A stretch of 64,000 nucleotides of DNA from an uncultured Gemmatimonadaceae bacterium (GCA_963781585.1 CAWAGQ010000002.1:1-64000); one strand, 5' to 3'. Counted from the first letter of the stretch, positions 21,977 to 33,926 are shown. Translations and numbers: made by a program. Notes: generated by a model not told the origin, from the letters alone.

Positions 21977-22586
21977 TCAGAGTGCAACGTCATTCATCGA
22001 AGCGATCGCCAGCGAGCTGAGGCGCCCCGTGCGCCTCGACCCGCGGTTCGACGATCGCGTGATGGCGGCGATCGAGGCACCTGAGGTCATCCCGCTGCAT
22101 CCGCAGGTGCTTCGCCCGTGGATTCTCCGCCCCCGCACCATTTCGGTCTCGCCCATTGGTGGGTTCGCGGCCGCGGCCGCGCTGGTGGGGATCATCGCCC
22201 TTGGCGTGTGGCGCCTGGAAGGGGGGGCGCTCACGTCTGCGGTCGCGAACACGCCGGCGTCGGGCGCGCCGCTCGTCAACGTGGCCAACCGGTCGGGCAA
22301 CGACGAAAGCGTCCGGTTCGTGCACCAGTTCCTCATCGTCGCGCCGTCGGCGAAGAAAGTGGCCCTCGTCGGTGATTTCAATGATTGGGACGGCTCGCGG
22401 ACGATGATGAGCCGCGTAAATGATGAGGGGATGTGGAGCGTGAGCGTGCCGCTCTCGGTCGGGCTCCATCAGTTCCAGTACGTGGTGGACGATTCGCTCC
22501 GCCTGAACGATCCCACGCTCCCGAGGACCCCGGAAGAATTCGGGTCGGCCAACTCGGTAATCAGCATCTCGGGGAGAGGCGAATGA
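21969..22586 (+). CDS. Putative anti-sigma factor: TM helix plus CBM48/AMPK-type glycogen-binding domain
   Basis: Overlaps the sigma gene; TM helix; APSAKKVALVGDFNDW...GLHQFQYVVD..DP...FGSANSV. Confidence 0.75.
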   Translation: MSDQSATSFIEAIASELRRPVRLDPRFDDRVMAAIEAPEVIPLHPQVLRPWILRPRTISVSPIGGFAAAAALVGIIALGVWRLEGGALTSAVANTPASGAPLVNVANRSGNDESVRFVHQFLIVAPSAKKVALVGDFNDWDGSRTMMSRVNDEGMWSVSVPLSVGLHQFQYVVDDSLRLNDPTLPRTPEEFGSANSVISISGRGE

Positions 22587-23389
22587 CGCGCCGCATCGCT
22601 CTTCTCGCATTCGTGGTCTCGGCGGCCGTCTCGGCGACCGCGATGGCCCGGCAGCAGGGTGTTGACCCACGGCTCGTCGCCAACCTCGACGGCCGGCTGC
22701 GCGCGTCCGTGGTGGCGGTGGTCGATTCGGCACAGCGACAGGGACTTCCCACCGAGCCGCTGATCGACATGGCGATGGAGGCGATCAACAAGCGCACCAC
22801 CAACCCGCGCATCAGCGACGCCGCCATCGTGTCCAGTGTCAGCGGTCTGATGCGGGACCTGCGGACGGCGCGTGCAGCGCTGGGGCCGAAGTCCACGCCC
22901 GCCGACATCAAGGCGGCCGCGTACGCGCTGCGCAGCGGGCTCGATGTGAGGCAGCTCGAGCGCGTGCGCACGGCGAAGGGCGACACGCGGATCGCGACGG
23001 CGCTGGAGGTGCTGACGTACATCAGTCGTCTGGGTGTGCACCCCGATTCGGCGGCCAATGTGATCGTGAATCTCGTCGCGGTGCGGGCGAGCGACGACCA
23101 GTTGCTCGCGCTCAAGGACGACGTGGAACGCGACGTGGCCGGGGGGACGTCGGCGGCGCTGGCCATGGCGGCGCGCGGAGAGGGCCTGGCGGCACAGATT
23201 CACGACGTGCAGGCGAACAATGGCGGTGCCCGTGGGGCGGCATTACCTTCGGGACTCGGTTCGACGCGCGCGGCAGACCCGACGGCGAACGGTGCGCTCG
23301 GTGCCCAGGTGCAGGGCAACGTGACGCCGGGGTCGTCGCCGACCGGCGGATCGAAGCCTGCTCCAGTCGGAAAGCCGAAGAAGCCGTAA
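22583..23389 (+). CDS. Secreted helical protein of unknown function
   Basis: ATGA-coupled start, signal peptide, low-complexity C-terminus. Confidence 0.7.
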   Translation: MTRRIALLAFVVSAAVSATAMARQQGVDPRLVANLDGRLRASVVAVVDSAQRQGLPTEPLIDMAMEAINKRTTNPRISDAAIVSSVSGLMRDLRTARAALGPKSTPADIKAAAYALRSGLDVRQLERVRTAKGDTRIATALEVLTYISRLGVHPDSAANVIVNLVAVRASDDQLLALKDDVERDVAGGTSAALAMAARGEGLAAQIHDVQANNGGARGAALPSGLGSTRAADPTANGALGAQVQGNVTPGSSPTGGSKPAPVGKPKKP

Positions 23390-23417
23390 ACCCACCGACC
23401 AGCATAGTGCGCGTTTC

Positions 23418-24599
23418 ATGATGCGCGGCGGGGCACCGGCCCTCGCCGCGCAACTGCTATTGGTGATCTCCGCGCCCGCCGTTTCGCCGGCTCAGACTCA
23501 GCTGGTGCGAACGCGCGACGTGGGGTTTGCGACTATCCGGTACGAGAACGGCCTCACGCTGGGTGCGACCACGCTGTACGAGGGCCTGGAAGCGCGCCGT
23601 CGCAATTCGGTGACTGCCGCGAACGGTGTGGTCTCCCTGTTCAACGACGGCCGGTGGAGCATGCAGGGCTTTCTCGACGGCACGACGTGGTCTGAGCCCC
23701 TGGCCGCGCCAAAATCGCTCCGGAGTCTGTTCACCTCGCTCCGCAGCGAAGTGTCGCTGGGTGCGGCCACAACCGCGCAGAGCGGGTTCATGCCTACGCT
23801 CGCGGTCATCGGACGCACCCGTGTTGATTTCGACCACGACCGGCACGGTGCATCGGTGGGCGCGGCGGTGGCCCGGGCGTTCGACGGACGGTTCTGGCAG
23901 ACCACGGTACTGGGAGAGATGAGCGGCTGGCTGCGCCAGGGAGCCACGCTGTTCTCGTTCCGGACCACGCCCATGCAGCTCGCGGTGGGCGACATGCTCG
24001 CCGACAACGAAGGCGTGGTGCAATGGTCGCGGGGATCGGCCAACTTCGCCTTCACGTTAGGCATCCGGCTCGGGGAGGCGCAGCGCGGGACGGTGGGATG
24101 GGGCGGTATGACGGTCACGTGGCCGCTGCGCTCGGATCTCTGGACGTCAGTGAGCCTGGGGAGCTATCCCGCCGATCTCGTGCAGTCCCTTCCCGGCGGC
24201 CGGTACGCGTCGGTCACGATCCGCCTGCCGAACGGCAGACTGCCGCCGCTCCATCTCCCGCCGCCGCCCGTGCCGCCGCCGCCTCGCCCGCCGGAGCTCC
24301 CGTACACCGAGCGGCTGGCGATGGTGATCGGCTTCGCAGTCGACTCGGTCAATCTGCGCGAGGTTCGCGTGTGGGCGCCGGGAGTGCGGAAGGTGGAGCT
24401 GATGGGGGACTTCGTCGACTGGCTTCCGGTGCCCCTGATCAGGCAGCCTGACGGGGAATGGCGTGGGTACTATCGCGTGTCACCGGGCCTCCATCGGGTG
24501 GCGCTGCGGCTGGATGGCGAGGAAATCGACGTGCCCACCAATCTCAGGCGCGTGGACGAGGGACTGCTGGGGGCGTATGGGCTGATATTCGTTCGCTGA
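23418..24599 (+). CDS. Secreted, probably outer-membrane beta-rich protein with C-terminal CBM48-like domain
   Basis: Signal peptide, amphipathic beta strands, Pro-rich linker, then APGVRKVELMGDFVDW...PGLHRVALRLDG. Confidence 0.7.
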   Translation: MMRGGAPALAAQLLLVISAPAVSPAQTQLVRTRDVGFATIRYENGLTLGATTLYEGLEARRRNSVTAANGVVSLFNDGRWSMQGFLDGTTWSEPLAAPKSLRSLFTSLRSEVSLGAATTAQSGFMPTLAVIGRTRVDFDHDRHGASVGAAVARAFDGRFWQTTVLGEMSGWLRQGATLFSFRTTPMQLAVGDMLADNEGVVQWSRGSANFAFTLGIRLGEAQRGTVGWGGMTVTWPLRSDLWTSVSLGSYPADLVQSLPGGRYASVTIRLPNGRLPPLHLPPPPVPPPPRPPELPYTERLAMVIGFAVDSVNLREVRVWAPGVRKVELMGDFVDWLPVPLIRQPDGEWRGYYRVSPGLHRVALRLDGEEIDVPTNLRRVDEGLLGAYGLIFVR

Positions 24600-24621
24600 A
24601 CCAGCAACCCTCGTCGCGCGG

Positions 24622-25329
24622 CTACTTCACCTTCACGAACTCGATCCGGGTATCGCTGTCGCGGTTCACTTTCCCCTTCTCGAGGCGGACATCGCCTCCG
24701 AGCGCGTCCCGAAGGGTCTTCATACGCTGCTCGGCTACGATGTTGGCCGCATCGTTGGCGTACCGCGGGTCGAGATAGAAGTCGACCCGGAAGTGTCCGC
24801 CGGCCGCCGCGAGCGCCGGAGCGAGCGCGGTCATCACTTGCGTGAACGACGCGGCGCCCGCCTCCGATACGCCGCCCTGGCCAGCCACCCAGTCGATCTC
24901 GCGGACCGCGGTCTTGCCTCCCGCCAGGTCACCGGCGGGATCGTCCGAGAGGCGTGCTGATTTCCCCGGAGCCTCGGTCTGGCCACCGGCGTGCGCCATC
25001 CGCATCTCGCTGGAGTCGATCGCCTTCTGCATTCGCCCGAACATGTTCGCGGTCATGTCCTGGGATATCGCCTGTTCGCACTGCGCGCGCTTCTGCGGCG
25101 GAACCACCTTGGTGACGCGCTTCATGACCTCGTTCGCCTTGTCGCGCTCTGCCTTGGTGGGTGCCCGCATCTCCCCGTTGGTCGGGTCATAGATCGCGCG
25201 GTAGTCTTCGATGCTGATGCCCATGCACTTCGCGGCCTGTTCCATCTGTGACGGGGTCTGCATCCCCATCTGCGCCGCCACCGGCGCCGCGACGAGTAGC
25301 AGAACGAGGAAGTAAGAGTGTCGAATCAT
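24622..25329 (-). CDS. Secreted protein with degenerate OmpA-C-like domain
   Basis: Signal peptide; C-terminal pattern (EQRMKTLRDAL...RIEFVK) resembles OmpA-like domains. Confidence 0.5.
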   Translation of the reverse strand: MIRHSYFLVLLLVAAPVAAQMGMQTPSQMEQAAKCMGISIEDYRAIYDPTNGEMRAPTKAERDKANEVMKRVTKVVPPQKRAQCEQAISQDMTANMFGRMQKAIDSSEMRMAHAGGQTEAPGKSARLSDDPAGDLAGGKTAVREIDWVAGQGGVSEAGAASFTQVMTALAPALAAAGGHFRVDFYLDPRYANDAANIVAEQRMKTLRDALGGDVRLEKGKVNRDSDTRIEFVKVK

Positions 25330-25426
25330 CGTTAGACTCAGCTTTGAGTAGACAGTTGTCAGTTCTCAGCGGTCAGAAATCAGCGGCCGGCCGTGAATCA
25401 TCAGTCGCGGGCTTTCTCTTCTGCTC

Positions 25427-25492
<66 letters not shown>

Positions 25493-25496
25493 TTTC

Positions 25497-26078
25497 TCAG
25501 AACAGAATCCCGAACGTCACCGGAATCATCGTGATCGACTTCGTGTCGATCGCGCCCTTGTCCGTGTAGACGTTCTGTACGCGCCCTTCGGCGAAGGCGT
25601 CGATGCGTCCCAGCTTGAGGCGGATGCCCGCGCCGCCGTCCACGCCGAAGTGCGTCTTCGACGTCGATGTCGTGGTCCCGCCCTCCGTGAACTCGTCCTT
25701 CAGGTTGAACGCGCCGACCGACGCCGTGACGTACGGGGTGAGTGGTCCGAGCGAGATGAGGTTGATGGAGAGCCCTCCCATGCCGCTCAGCATCTGGCTC
25801 GTCCCGGTGGTGCCCGACCCGGCGAGGAGTGCTTCCTTGTAGTCGAACTTCTGGTAGCCCAGGTTGAACCGCAGCGGGATGCCAATGTTGAGCAGCAGGT
25901 ATGCCTGCCCGTTGACCCCGCTCTTGAGCGCGTCTGCCGTATGGCTCGTCGGCACGCTCACCCCGCCGCCGAAGCCGATCCGGATCGTGTGGTCGGACTG
26001 CGCTCCTGCCTGGCGGCTGGCAATGGCGGATATCGCGATGAGTGCCGCCGTCGAGTGGATCACGTAACGCTTTGTCAT
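25497..26078 (-). CDS. Small outer-membrane beta-barrel (OmpA/OmpW-like) protein
   Basis: Signal peptide, TPYV and HFGVDGGAG motifs, C-terminal Phe. Confidence 0.8.
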   Translation of the reverse strand: MTKRYVIHSTAALIAISAIASRQAGAQSDHTIRIGFGGGVSVPTSHTADALKSGVNGQAYLLLNIGIPLRFNLGYQKFDYKEALLAGSGTTGTSQMLSGMGGLSINLISLGPLTPYVTASVGAFNLKDEFTEGGTTTSTSKTHFGVDGGAGIRLKLGRIDAFAEGRVQNVYTDKGAIDTKSITMIPVTFGILF

Positions 26079-26214
26079 GGTTCCTCGGAGTCCTGACAGG
26101 CCCTGGCCGGCTGTCGGGTGGTTGGTTGCGCTTGCCGCTCCTTACGACGTCCTCTACTTTCGCCGCTGAGGTCATTCGCGTATCACAAAGGCGTCATCTG
26201 GCGGCGGCGTGCCG

Positions 26215-29069
26215 ATGTTTCGGCTGAAAACCCTGGGTAGCACCCTGATCGAAGGGCCCAATGGCGTCTTGACGGGTGCCGCCTCGCAACGCCGCCGACT
26301 TGCACTGCTCGCCCTTGTGGCGGCGGGCCGGGGTGGCATCAGTCGCGATCGCCTCGTCGGGCTGCTCTGGCCGGAGAGCGACGAGGAGCGCGCCCGACAC
26401 GCGCTGTCGCAACTCATCTACGCCCTGCGCCGTGACCTGGGGGCGGACGTGGTGTCCGGCGGGACTACCGCGCTCGCGCTCGACTCGTCCGTGCTCAGCA
26501 GCGACGTGGGCGATCTCCAGCAGGCATTCGACGCCGGGCATTTCGATGAGGTCGCCGAGCTGTACGCGGGGCCCTTTCTCGACGGGTTCTACCTCAATGG
26601 ATGTCCCGACTTCGAGCGATGGGTGGACGAGGAGCGCGCGCGCGTTGCGAGCTGCGTGCACGTCGCGCTCGACAAGCTCGCAACGCGCGCGCGCCAGGGC
26701 GGCGACGCGGCTGGCGCGGTCCACTGGCTGAAACGCCTCGCCGCCCTCGCTCCGCTCGATTCGCGCATCGCCCGCTCCCTCGTCGAGGCGCTGGCCGCTG
26801 CCGGCGACCGCGCCGGCGCGCTCCGTCAGGCGCGGATTCACCAGGAGTTGCTGCGCGTCGAGCTTGGGGCGGCGCCGGATCCAGCGCTCGCAGCCCTCGT
26901 CACCTCACTCGAGGGATCTGCGCCGGTTCTCCCGCACCCCGCCGGCAAAGGTGCCTCGCGCGGTGTCTCGCAGAGCTCGCTTTCCCTGGACCCACCTCTG
27001 GCAACCGCCGCGTCTGCCGAAATCGCGCCGGCAGCGGCTGGTTCGCCGTCGGACAGCGGTCGAGCCGATGGAGCGTCAATTCCGTTTGAGCCGCATCAAT
27101 CGTCGCTCGGCGTCGAGGCGCCACGGCGGCGGGTACCGATCCGCGCGCTCGCCGCCGCAGGAATCGTGCTGCTGGCCACCGCCGCAGTGCTCGGTACGAG
27201 ACTCGTCCGGGCACCCGCCGCCACGTCGCGCGACCTGGTGGTGATCGCCGATGCGGAGAACGCGACGGGCGATTCCGTCTTCGATCGCTCGGTTCCGGTG
27301 GCGCTGGCGGCGGCGCTGGCCCAATCCGGGCGCGTCTACGTGCTGCCCCCGGAGCGTCTGCGGCAGGCCTTCGAGCGGATGCGCCGTCCCGAGCCCGCGC
27401 CTGACTCGTTAGGTGCCGGGCTGGCGCGCGAGGTGGCGCAGCGCGAGGGCGCCAGGGTGGTCATCGTGCCGACCGTGGTGCGCGCCGACAGCGCGTACGA
27501 AATCGGGGCGCGACTCGAGGATGCGGCCACGGGGGGAGTACTGAGCGCGATCACCGTCCGCGCCGCCAATCGGGGCGATGTCGTCGATGCTCTCGACCGC
27601 GTGGGGCGGAGGCTGCGACGCGCCCTTGGCGAATCCATGCTCTCGGTGGCGACCCGCACTGTTCCGCTCCCACGCGTCACCACGCGATCCATCGAGGCGC
27701 TGAAGAAGTACGCCGATGGGAGCCTGGCCTTCCGCACCAGCCGGCTCGATGAGGCCCGAGCGCTCCTCACCGAGGCGGTGACCATCGATTCCACCTTCGC
27801 TTCGGCGCTGGCGGCGCTCGGCGGCTACTACTACTGGACCAACCAGCCCGCTGCCGGCGACAAGTACTATTCCCGCGCCTTGGCGCACCTCGACGCCCTG
27901 CCGGAACGCGAACAGGTGATGATCCGCGCCAGCGCGGACAGCTGGCGCGGAAATCGTCAGGCATCGACCGCCGCCCTGGAGGCGTATCTCGTCGAGCAAC
28001 CCGGCGAGCTGGACGTGCTCGATGCGCTCGGCTACGACTACATGCGGATGGGCCGGTCGGCCGATGCGGCACGGACACTCGGTCGAGTCGCGGCGCTCGA
28101 CTCGATGGACTACAACGCGTTCATCAATCTGGCCAGCGCCGAGAAGCAGCTCGGCCGGCTCGCGACGCACTCGGCGCACTATCATCGCGCGTTTGCCCTC
28201 ATGCCGTCCATGAAGTCGGCGAACACCAATCTCAACCTCGAGTACGGATCGGCGTATGTGGCGCTCGGCGAGCCCGACTCCGCCGCTGTGGTGTTTGCCG
28301 CGATGCTCCAGGGCGACCGCCTGACGAGGGCGCGAGGACTGCGTTCGCTCGCGTTCCTCGACATGTCGCGTGGGCAGACTCCGAGGCCCGCGTGCGGCTC
28401 GCCGAAGCGATCGGCCTCACGGACGGGGCGCTCCTGAGCCAGGCGCGCAATCGGCTGCTGCTCGCGGGCGCGCTCGACCGCCTCGGACGCGAGCGCGACG
28501 CGGCCACGCAGCTCGATTCCTCGTATGCATCGGTGCGACGATTCGACGCCGAGCCGACGTTTCTTTTCTGGGTGGGGAAGGCGCTCGCGCGGGCCGGGCG
28601 GGAACGTCAGGCGGCCACGCTGCTCGAGACGCTGCGCACGCGCGTCCATCCCGGGAGCCTGACCGACTCGGCGGCGCGCGAAGGACTGGTGGGCGAAGTG
28701 CTGGTCGCCCAACGCAAGGCAAAGAATGCGGTGCCGCATCTCGAGGCCGCATTCCGCGCCGACTCGTCCGCGTTCACACTCGAGTCCCTCGCCTATGGCG
28801 TTGCCGCATCAGGGGCGCTCGAGCGCGCCGACTCGCTGTATCGCCAGCTGGCGGATCATCGCGAGTTCGGGTGGGAGGGTCAGGAGTACTGGCACATGGC
28901 CCTCTATCAGGTTGGGCGGACGGACGAGCTCCTCGACCGCGCCGATGCGGCGGTCGCCGCGTATCAGCAGTTCCTCGATCTCTGGCGCGGTGCGGAGCCG
29001 TTGTTTCCCCCACTCGTGGATGCGCGCGAACGCATGACGAGGCTGCATCTGCGCGACGTGCCGCGGTAG
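26215..29069 (+). CDS. SARP/BTAD-domain transmembrane regulator with periplasmic TPR region, apparent frameshift near 28378
   Basis: LALLALVA...SRDRLVGLLWPESDEERARHALSQLIY, LYAGPFLDGF, TM helix and TPRs; continues in ORF 28392-29069. Confidence 0.8.
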
Positions 29070-29159
29070 CGACGGCTCGTCGAACCGCGAGCGAAACGTC
29101 GCTCCCCTGCGTAGCTTGACGCCCGTGCCGGACATGCCCGAACCCGAACGCCAGGAATC

Positions 29160-29939
29160 ATGACGCCACTTGTCAGGCAGTCGCTCGTCTCGCTGGTCGC
29201 CGCGCTCATGGCGATCCCCGGACGGTCCTTCGCGCAGGCCGATGAGATCCAGGTCTATGACGGCGGGCTGGCGCCCGTGGGCGTGTTCAACCTCACGCTC
29301 CACAACAACTACACGCCCAACGGGATCAAGACGCCGGGGTTCAGCGGCAGCGTGGTGTCGGACAAGTCCTGGAACGGCGTGCCCGAGTGGGCGCTGGGTG
29401 TGACGCGATGGTTCGAGGCCGGGCTTTACCTGCCCCTGTACACGCTGGACAAGGACAAGGGATTCGGGCTCGACGGCGCCAAGCTCCGAACGCTGTTCGC
29501 GGTGCCGGGCGCCGACGACCGGACGTTCGTGTACGGCGTGAATTTCGAGTTCAGCTATAACGCGAAGCGCTGGGACAAGAAGCGGTTCACGTCGGAGATC
29601 CGTCCGATCCTCGGATGGCACCTCGACCCGGTGGACGTGATCGTCAATCCGATCTTCGATACATCATACGACGGACTGAAGAACCTCGAGTTCGTTCCCT
29701 CGACGCGCGTGGCGTACAATCTCCAGGGCGGCTGGGCGATGGCGGTGGAGGAGTACGACGACTTCGGACCCGTGCACCAGTTTTTTCCGGGGAGGGCGCA
29801 GGCGCATCAGCTCTACGGCGTGGTGGATCATTCCGGGAAGACGCTGGACGTGGAAGCCGGCATCGGATTCGGTCTCACGAACGCCACCGACAAGCTCACG
29901 CTGAAGCTGATTCTCTCGCGCGACCTCAATCGACAGTAG
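29160..29939 (+). CDS. Putative outer-membrane beta-barrel / transporter-family protein
   Basis: Signal peptide, DEIQVY start of the mature protein, alternating aromatic beta strands. Confidence 0.65.
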   Translation: MTPLVRQSLVSLVAALMAIPGRSFAQADEIQVYDGGLAPVGVFNLTLHNNYTPNGIKTPGFSGSVVSDKSWNGVPEWALGVTRWFEAGLYLPLYTLDKDKGFGLDGAKLRTLFAVPGADDRTFVYGVNFEFSYNAKRWDKKRFTSEIRPILGWHLDPVDVIVNPIFDTSYDGLKNLEFVPSTRVAYNLQGGWAMAVEEYDDFGPVHQFFPGRAQAHQLYGVVDHSGKTLDVEAGIGFGLTNATDKLTLKLILSRDLNRQ

Positions 29940-30078
29940 CGCGTGCTGGCGACGAAAACGTGTGTCGGCGACGATTCCGGTGGTGGGGCCTTTCTGAGCC
30001 AGCGTGCTCTCCCTTGGACGAGCGCGCTGAGGGCGCCGGTCGTGGCGTTCGAGACCTGCAATCGGGCGGACCGCGTGA

Positions 30079-30133
30079 CTTAATGGATTCTTAATCCTGC
30101 CGTAATGGTCTCGTTGACCTGGCGCCGTATCTT
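30079..30133 (+). promoter_or_regulatory. Triple 11-bp-period box (CTTAAT-N5-CTTAAT-N5-CGTAAT) plus -10-like TATCTT
   Basis: Boxes at 30079, 30090 and 30101; identical arrangement at 45152. Confidence 0.7.
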
Positions 30134-30214
30134 GGAGCCGGGTCGCCTGGCGGCGTTGTCGGGCTTAGGCGTCCGTCGATCGAGTGATCCGCTGCTCTGC
30201 AGGTTGAGGGCATC

Positions 30215-32636
30215 ATGCCGATGCGCGAGAGCAATGCCTGGTGGCTGAGGGTCGTTTTCATCGCGGCCCTGATTGCGGCCTGGGGCCTGCCGCTCGTGGC
30301 GCAGGACGTCCGGGTGCTGGTGGTCGATCGGGCGTCGGGCGCGCCGCTGACGGGCGCCATCGTGTCGCTCGTCCTCGAGGACGGGTCGCGGCACACCGGC
30401 GCGCTGACGAACGAGCAGGGGAGTGCCACTCTGCATGGCACGTTAGGCGCACGGGTCCGGGTGCGGGCCGAACGGATCGGCTACGCCACTGACAGCTCGG
30501 CGGCCCGCGAGCTCACGGCGGAGCCGCAGTCGGTGCGGATCGCGCTGGTGCCCCAGCCGCTGCTGCTGGAGAAAGTGGCGGTCCGCGCCACACGCACGTG
30601 CAGGATGGACCCCAATACTGGTACGGTGGTGGCGCGGCTCTGGGGCGAAGTCCACAAGGCGCTGGATGCCACCGTCCTCTCTGCCCCGCAACGCCTCCCG
30701 ATCGACGTCTGGCGCTACACGCGGATCCTCGACCGGTCGCTGCGGGTGGTGGCCGAGACGACCGCGACGCGATCCGTCCCCGCTGGGGCGCCGTTCACGA
30801 CGGCACCGGCCGAAGAACTGTCTCGTCTCGGTTTCGCGCACCCGGTGGAAGGCGACCTCACATATTTTGCGCCCGATGCGGCGCTCCTGCTCTCGGATCA
30901 ATTCGCGCAGGACCACTGCTTCGGGGTGAAGGAGGTGCCGGGATCGCAAACGCTGATCGGGCTGGCGTTCGATCCGGCGCCCGGTCGGCGGGTCAGCGAT
31001 GTCACCGGCGTGCTGTGGGTCGATCGGCAGACGGGTGAGCTGCGGTGGATGGACTACGCGTACAGCCGCCCGCCGTCGGGCGCGCAGCCCGGCCAGGCGG
31101 GCGGGCGCCTCGAGTTCGCCGCGCTGCCTGACGGGCAGTGGATCGTCGAACGCTGGTACATCCGGCTGCCGCGGATGGCGCGGGTAGGCGCCGCGCGCGT
31201 CGGCGCCTTCAGCGTGCCGGCCCGGGACAGCCTCCTGGGCTACCGCGAAGAGGGGGGTTGGGCCGCGACGGAGTCCAGGCGTGGAGCCGCGGCGGCCGAC
31301 CAGCCGACGCTGACCGGGCTCGTGTTCGACAGCCTCCACGGCGGGCCGCTCGCGAACGCGCACCTCAGCCTGGCCGGCGGCGTGTCCGACGCGGTGACCG
31401 ACAGCACCGGCCGGTACCGGCTGCGCAGCGTGCTGGCGGGGCGGTACCGCCTAACGACGGACGACCCGCGGCTCGGGCACTTCAGCACCGAGGGAGCTGA
31501 GCGCGAGGTGGTGTTGTCGCTGGGCGAGGCGACCGTGGTCGACTGGGCCGTGGCCAGCGCGGCGACGTTGCGCGCGCGGTTCTGTGGAAAGGAAACGGTG
31601 CGGGGCGACCGGCCGCAGCTCATCATAGGATACGTCGTCGACTCGGCTCTCGCGCGCGCCGGTCAGCGGCGCGCGGGCGGTGATGTCGTGGCGGCGCCTG
31701 GCGGTGCAGGCGTCGGAGCGGCTGGTGAGCGCGGCGGTCGGCGACTCCACCGTGGAGACGGAATCCGACGAGGCGGGGATCGTGACGTTCTGCCGGCCGC
31801 CGCGGCAGGACGTGGTGCGGTTGCGGGCGGAGCTCGGCGGAGCGCGTGTGGAGCGGAGCGTCCCAGCCGACGACACCGCGAGCGTGGTCGAGGTGCGGCT
31901 GGCTCTGAGCACTGCGTCGGCCGGATCGACCACGTTGCGCGGGCGGGTGCTCATCAAGACCGATTCGGCGACGCGTCCGGCCGCGGCGGCGGAGGTCCTG
32001 CTGCCCGGGCTCTCGAAGTCGGCCCGCACCGCGGTGGACGGTGCGTTCGCCTTCGCCATGCTCTCCCGCGGCACGTACACCGTGCTGGTGCGCGACGTCG
32101 GCTACCGGCCGGTGCTGGCGCGGGTGGCGGTCCCCATGCCGGCGGATTCGGTGCGCGAGTTCGTGCTGACGCCGATTGCCCCGGAGCTCCCGGGCGTGGC
32201 GATCACGGCGACCGCGGTATCGTCCAAGATGCGGGGCTTCGAAGAGCGGCGCCTGACCAATGCCGGCGGCCGGTTCATCACGCGCGCGGAGCTGGCGAAG
32301 CACGAGGAGTGGCCCCTGAGCGACCTGCTGCGTTCGGTGCCCGGCGTGCGCCTGGCGCGGCAGCCGGACAACACGGTTCTTCTGGAGAGCACGCGCTCCG
32401 CGATCGCAGCATTGATCCCAGGCAAGGATACGCTCGCGCACTGCTACTACCAGGTATACCTCGATGGAACCGTGATCTTCCAGCCGGGCCGGGGGCTGCC
32501 GCCGAATATCGACGACTTCGCGCCAAACGGGATCGAGGCGATCGAGATCTACGCGGGGCCGGCCAGCACGCCCATGCGCTTCGGCGGCATCGGTGCGGCA
32601 TGTGGGACGATCGTGTTGTGGACGCGGGCGCCGTGA
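30215..32636 (+). CDS. Secreted multi-CarboxypepD_reg-like protein with C-terminal TonB-plug domain (gene A), frameshift near 31660
   Basis: Signal peptide, repeated transthyretin-like units (TDSTGRYRL, GTYTVLVRDVGY), GFEERR...FITRAEL and CYYQVYLDG...IEAIEIY...CGTIVLWTR. No beta-barrel. Confidence 0.8.
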
Positions 32637-33097
32637 GGTCACGGATCTCGGCTCGCGCGGCAGCCATACTCCTGGCCCATTCTGCTGCGGCGCAAAGCGG
32701 CAGTCTGGTCGGACGCATCTCGTCGGACTCCCTCGGTGGCGCGGCCATTGCGGCGGAAGTCACCCTGCCGGCGCTTCACGCCGTCGCACACACGGACTCC
32801 CGCGGCCGCTACCGGCTCACCGGGCTCGTGCCGGGACGGTATCTGGTTGAGGCTCGGGCCGTCGGATTCAAGACTTCGGCCGACAGTGTGGACATTCCCC
32901 GATCAGGTGAGGCGGTGCACGACCTCGTCCTGACCAGGCTCGTGCCCGTGCTCGCCCCGGTCGTGACGACGAGTCCGGGAGTCAGGTACCTATCGCCGGG
33001 GCTGCGGGGCTTCGAGGCTCGACGCCATGTCGGCTTCGGCCACTTCATTGTCGAGGACATCCTTCGGAAGTATGACAATGACCGGCTGTCCGATCTG
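32633..33097 (+). pseudogene. Truncated CarboxypepD_reg/TonB-plug gene (gene B, copy 1)
   Basis: Closely matches 44312-44775 and stops at 'RLSDL', where it is joined to the middle of the regulator gene. Confidence 0.8.
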
Positions 33098-33099
33098 CA

Positions 33100-33686
33100 A
33101 CGGTGCGCCGGCTCCGGGCGCAGAACCTGCACCTTCCGGTGCTGGTGGGCGTGCGCAACGTCCTCGTGCGCGACGTTCCCGTGAAGGCCTACGCCCGCGG
33201 CGGCGTGGATGCCCTGTTCCTGCTGGATTACCCGTTCGAGCGCGAGGAGCTGGTGAAGGAGGTGCACGCGCGGCTGGCGGTTCCCGTGCCTGCGCGCGTG
33301 CTCGACGCGCTGGGTCCACTGCTTGCGCCCGGCGTCGGCAGGACAATCGGGTGTTGGTGCATGCGCAACGCGATGCGGACGTGCCCCGTACGCCGCGTCG
33401 TCGCCTTCTTCCGGATGGACGAGAAGCAGCTCGATGACTCCGTGGAGGCCCTCGGTCTTCCGGCGGTGGGGACGCTCCTCAGGCTCGGGTGTCATCATCG
33501 TGCGCGCGAGCTGGAATCGTGGGGTGGGGTGTCGAAGGGCTGATTGCAGAGCGGCTGGGTTTCCCCGACGCCAAGTCGCTGGCGACGATGCGGCGTCACC
33601 TGCGCGCGTTACCGCGCCTGGCCAAGGTCGCTGCGCCGATTCGGGAGCTTCTGACGATGGGGTTGGAGGCGGGGCGTGCGGATTAG
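33100..33686 (+). pseudogene. 5'-truncated receiver-like AraC regulator (module copy 2), frameshift near 33540
   Basis: Aligns with about 46727-47301 (RDVPVKAYAR-GVDALF, GVGRTIGCWCMRNA, IAE-LGFPDAK). Confidence 0.8.
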
Positions 33687-33778
33687 CGGCCGCCGCAGGG
33701 TGCGGTGTACCAGCCCGGCGGCTCCAGATGTGACGAGCAAGCGTGGCCCCTCTGGGTCCGTGATCTCCAGACGGTCGA

Positions 33779-33820
33779 ATATTCTCCAGAAAGTTGCGCC
33801 ATTTGCCAGAAAGTGAGGTG
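33779..33820 (+). promoter_or_regulatory. Putative AraC-type direct-repeat operator (CCAGAAAGT x2, 20-bp period)
   Basis: CCAGAAAGT at 33786 and 33806; conserved at 47392 and 47412. Confidence 0.7.
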
Positions 33821-33926
33821 GCGCCCCCCGCAAGACCGTCACACTTTCGCATCGCATAGGTACGCGGACGTTCGATCTTCACTTTGTCTCCATCATCGTC
33901 CTACCCTTAATTAACCGGAGGTTGCG

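Noticed and set aside
30215..33184. 989-aa single ORF from the ORF track
   Set aside because: It is an artefact of a frameshift near 31660. The middle is off-frame, and the end reads through into truncated gene B.
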